This document shows, piece by piece, positions 47,758 to 47,849 of a DNA stretch of 47,849 bases. Below the pieces are notes generated by a model that was not told the origin of the DNA, ran no database searches, and saw only the letters and a list, made by a program, of their open reading frames with translations. The first letter of the stretch is position 1, and the number at the start of each line of letters is the position of its first letter. The stretch comes from Octopus bimaculoides (taxonomy: Eukaryota). Location: contig NC_068985.1 of the NCBI RefSeq assembly GCF_001194135.2, positions 34,176,765 through 34,224,613 of the forward strand, in the 5' to 3' direction. Made by a program: the position numbers and the translations under genes.

Positions 47758-47761
<4 letters not shown>
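46591..47761 (-). mobile_element. 5'-truncated Penelope-like element: RT thumb/linker, GIY-YIG endonuclease (ORF ends 46901), then terminal module (tRNA-like 46870-46813, (AAT)n, hammerhead 46715-46670)
   Basis: AFLDV..VYSKPTFTGRYLNFNSHRP..LPYMKGLSEKI..CVYSIPCSCGRLYKGEKCRPLKIRVDEH..SGIADHVW..EHHWKIRKLKEA is the PLE RT-GIY-YIG signature (frameshifted upstream of 47380). Confidence 0.88.
46670..46715 (-). ncRNA. Degenerate hammerhead copy (core TTGATGA, GAAATGTT)
   Basis: Stems I and II identical to 35191-35236; loop differs. Confidence 0.55.
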
Positions 47762-47793
<32 letters not shown>

Positions 47794-47849
47794 GCAGAGA
47801 GTGAAGGTTTCATATTGGCTGCTCAAGACCAAAGCTTATTAACCCGGAA
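47794..47849 (+). mobile_element. 5'-truncated R4/Dong-like LINE starting in an (AAT)n tract, runs off the window
   Basis: AESEGFILAAQDQSLLTR resembles the C-terminal E.EGF..A.QDQ...TR motif of R4/Dong elements (recalled); only 18 codons visible. Confidence 0.6.

Overview
AT-rich, repeat-dense animal genomic DNA with three N gaps (17929-18251, 40687-40750, 44150-44895). The repeat families look like those of octopus/cephalopod genomes (recalled, not verified). Two intron-containing genes were reconstructed exon by exon in tail-to-tail arrangement. The first is the 3' part of a nucleobindin (NUCB1/2-like, + strand, 7 coding exons, 629-9205) with two EF-hands and an unusual Gln-rich repeat tail. 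The second is a complete 8-exon GATD1/PDDC1 gene (- strand, 30911-18894, 219 aa). The right third is a nest of mobile elements: a Tx1/L1-like LINE, a Gypsy LTR element that lost RT-RNaseH but keeps both LTRs and a 5-bp TSD, RTE, R4/Dong-like, mariner and Helitron-like pieces, and Penelope-like elements (PLEs). The most unusual signal is a PLE terminal module made of a tRNA-derived Pol III-type segment, an (AAT)n tract and a minimal hammerhead ribozyme. It sits directly behind a GIY-YIG ORF (46591-47761) and also occurs as a stand-alone inverted pair (34785-35300). All calls were made by eye; no searches were run.
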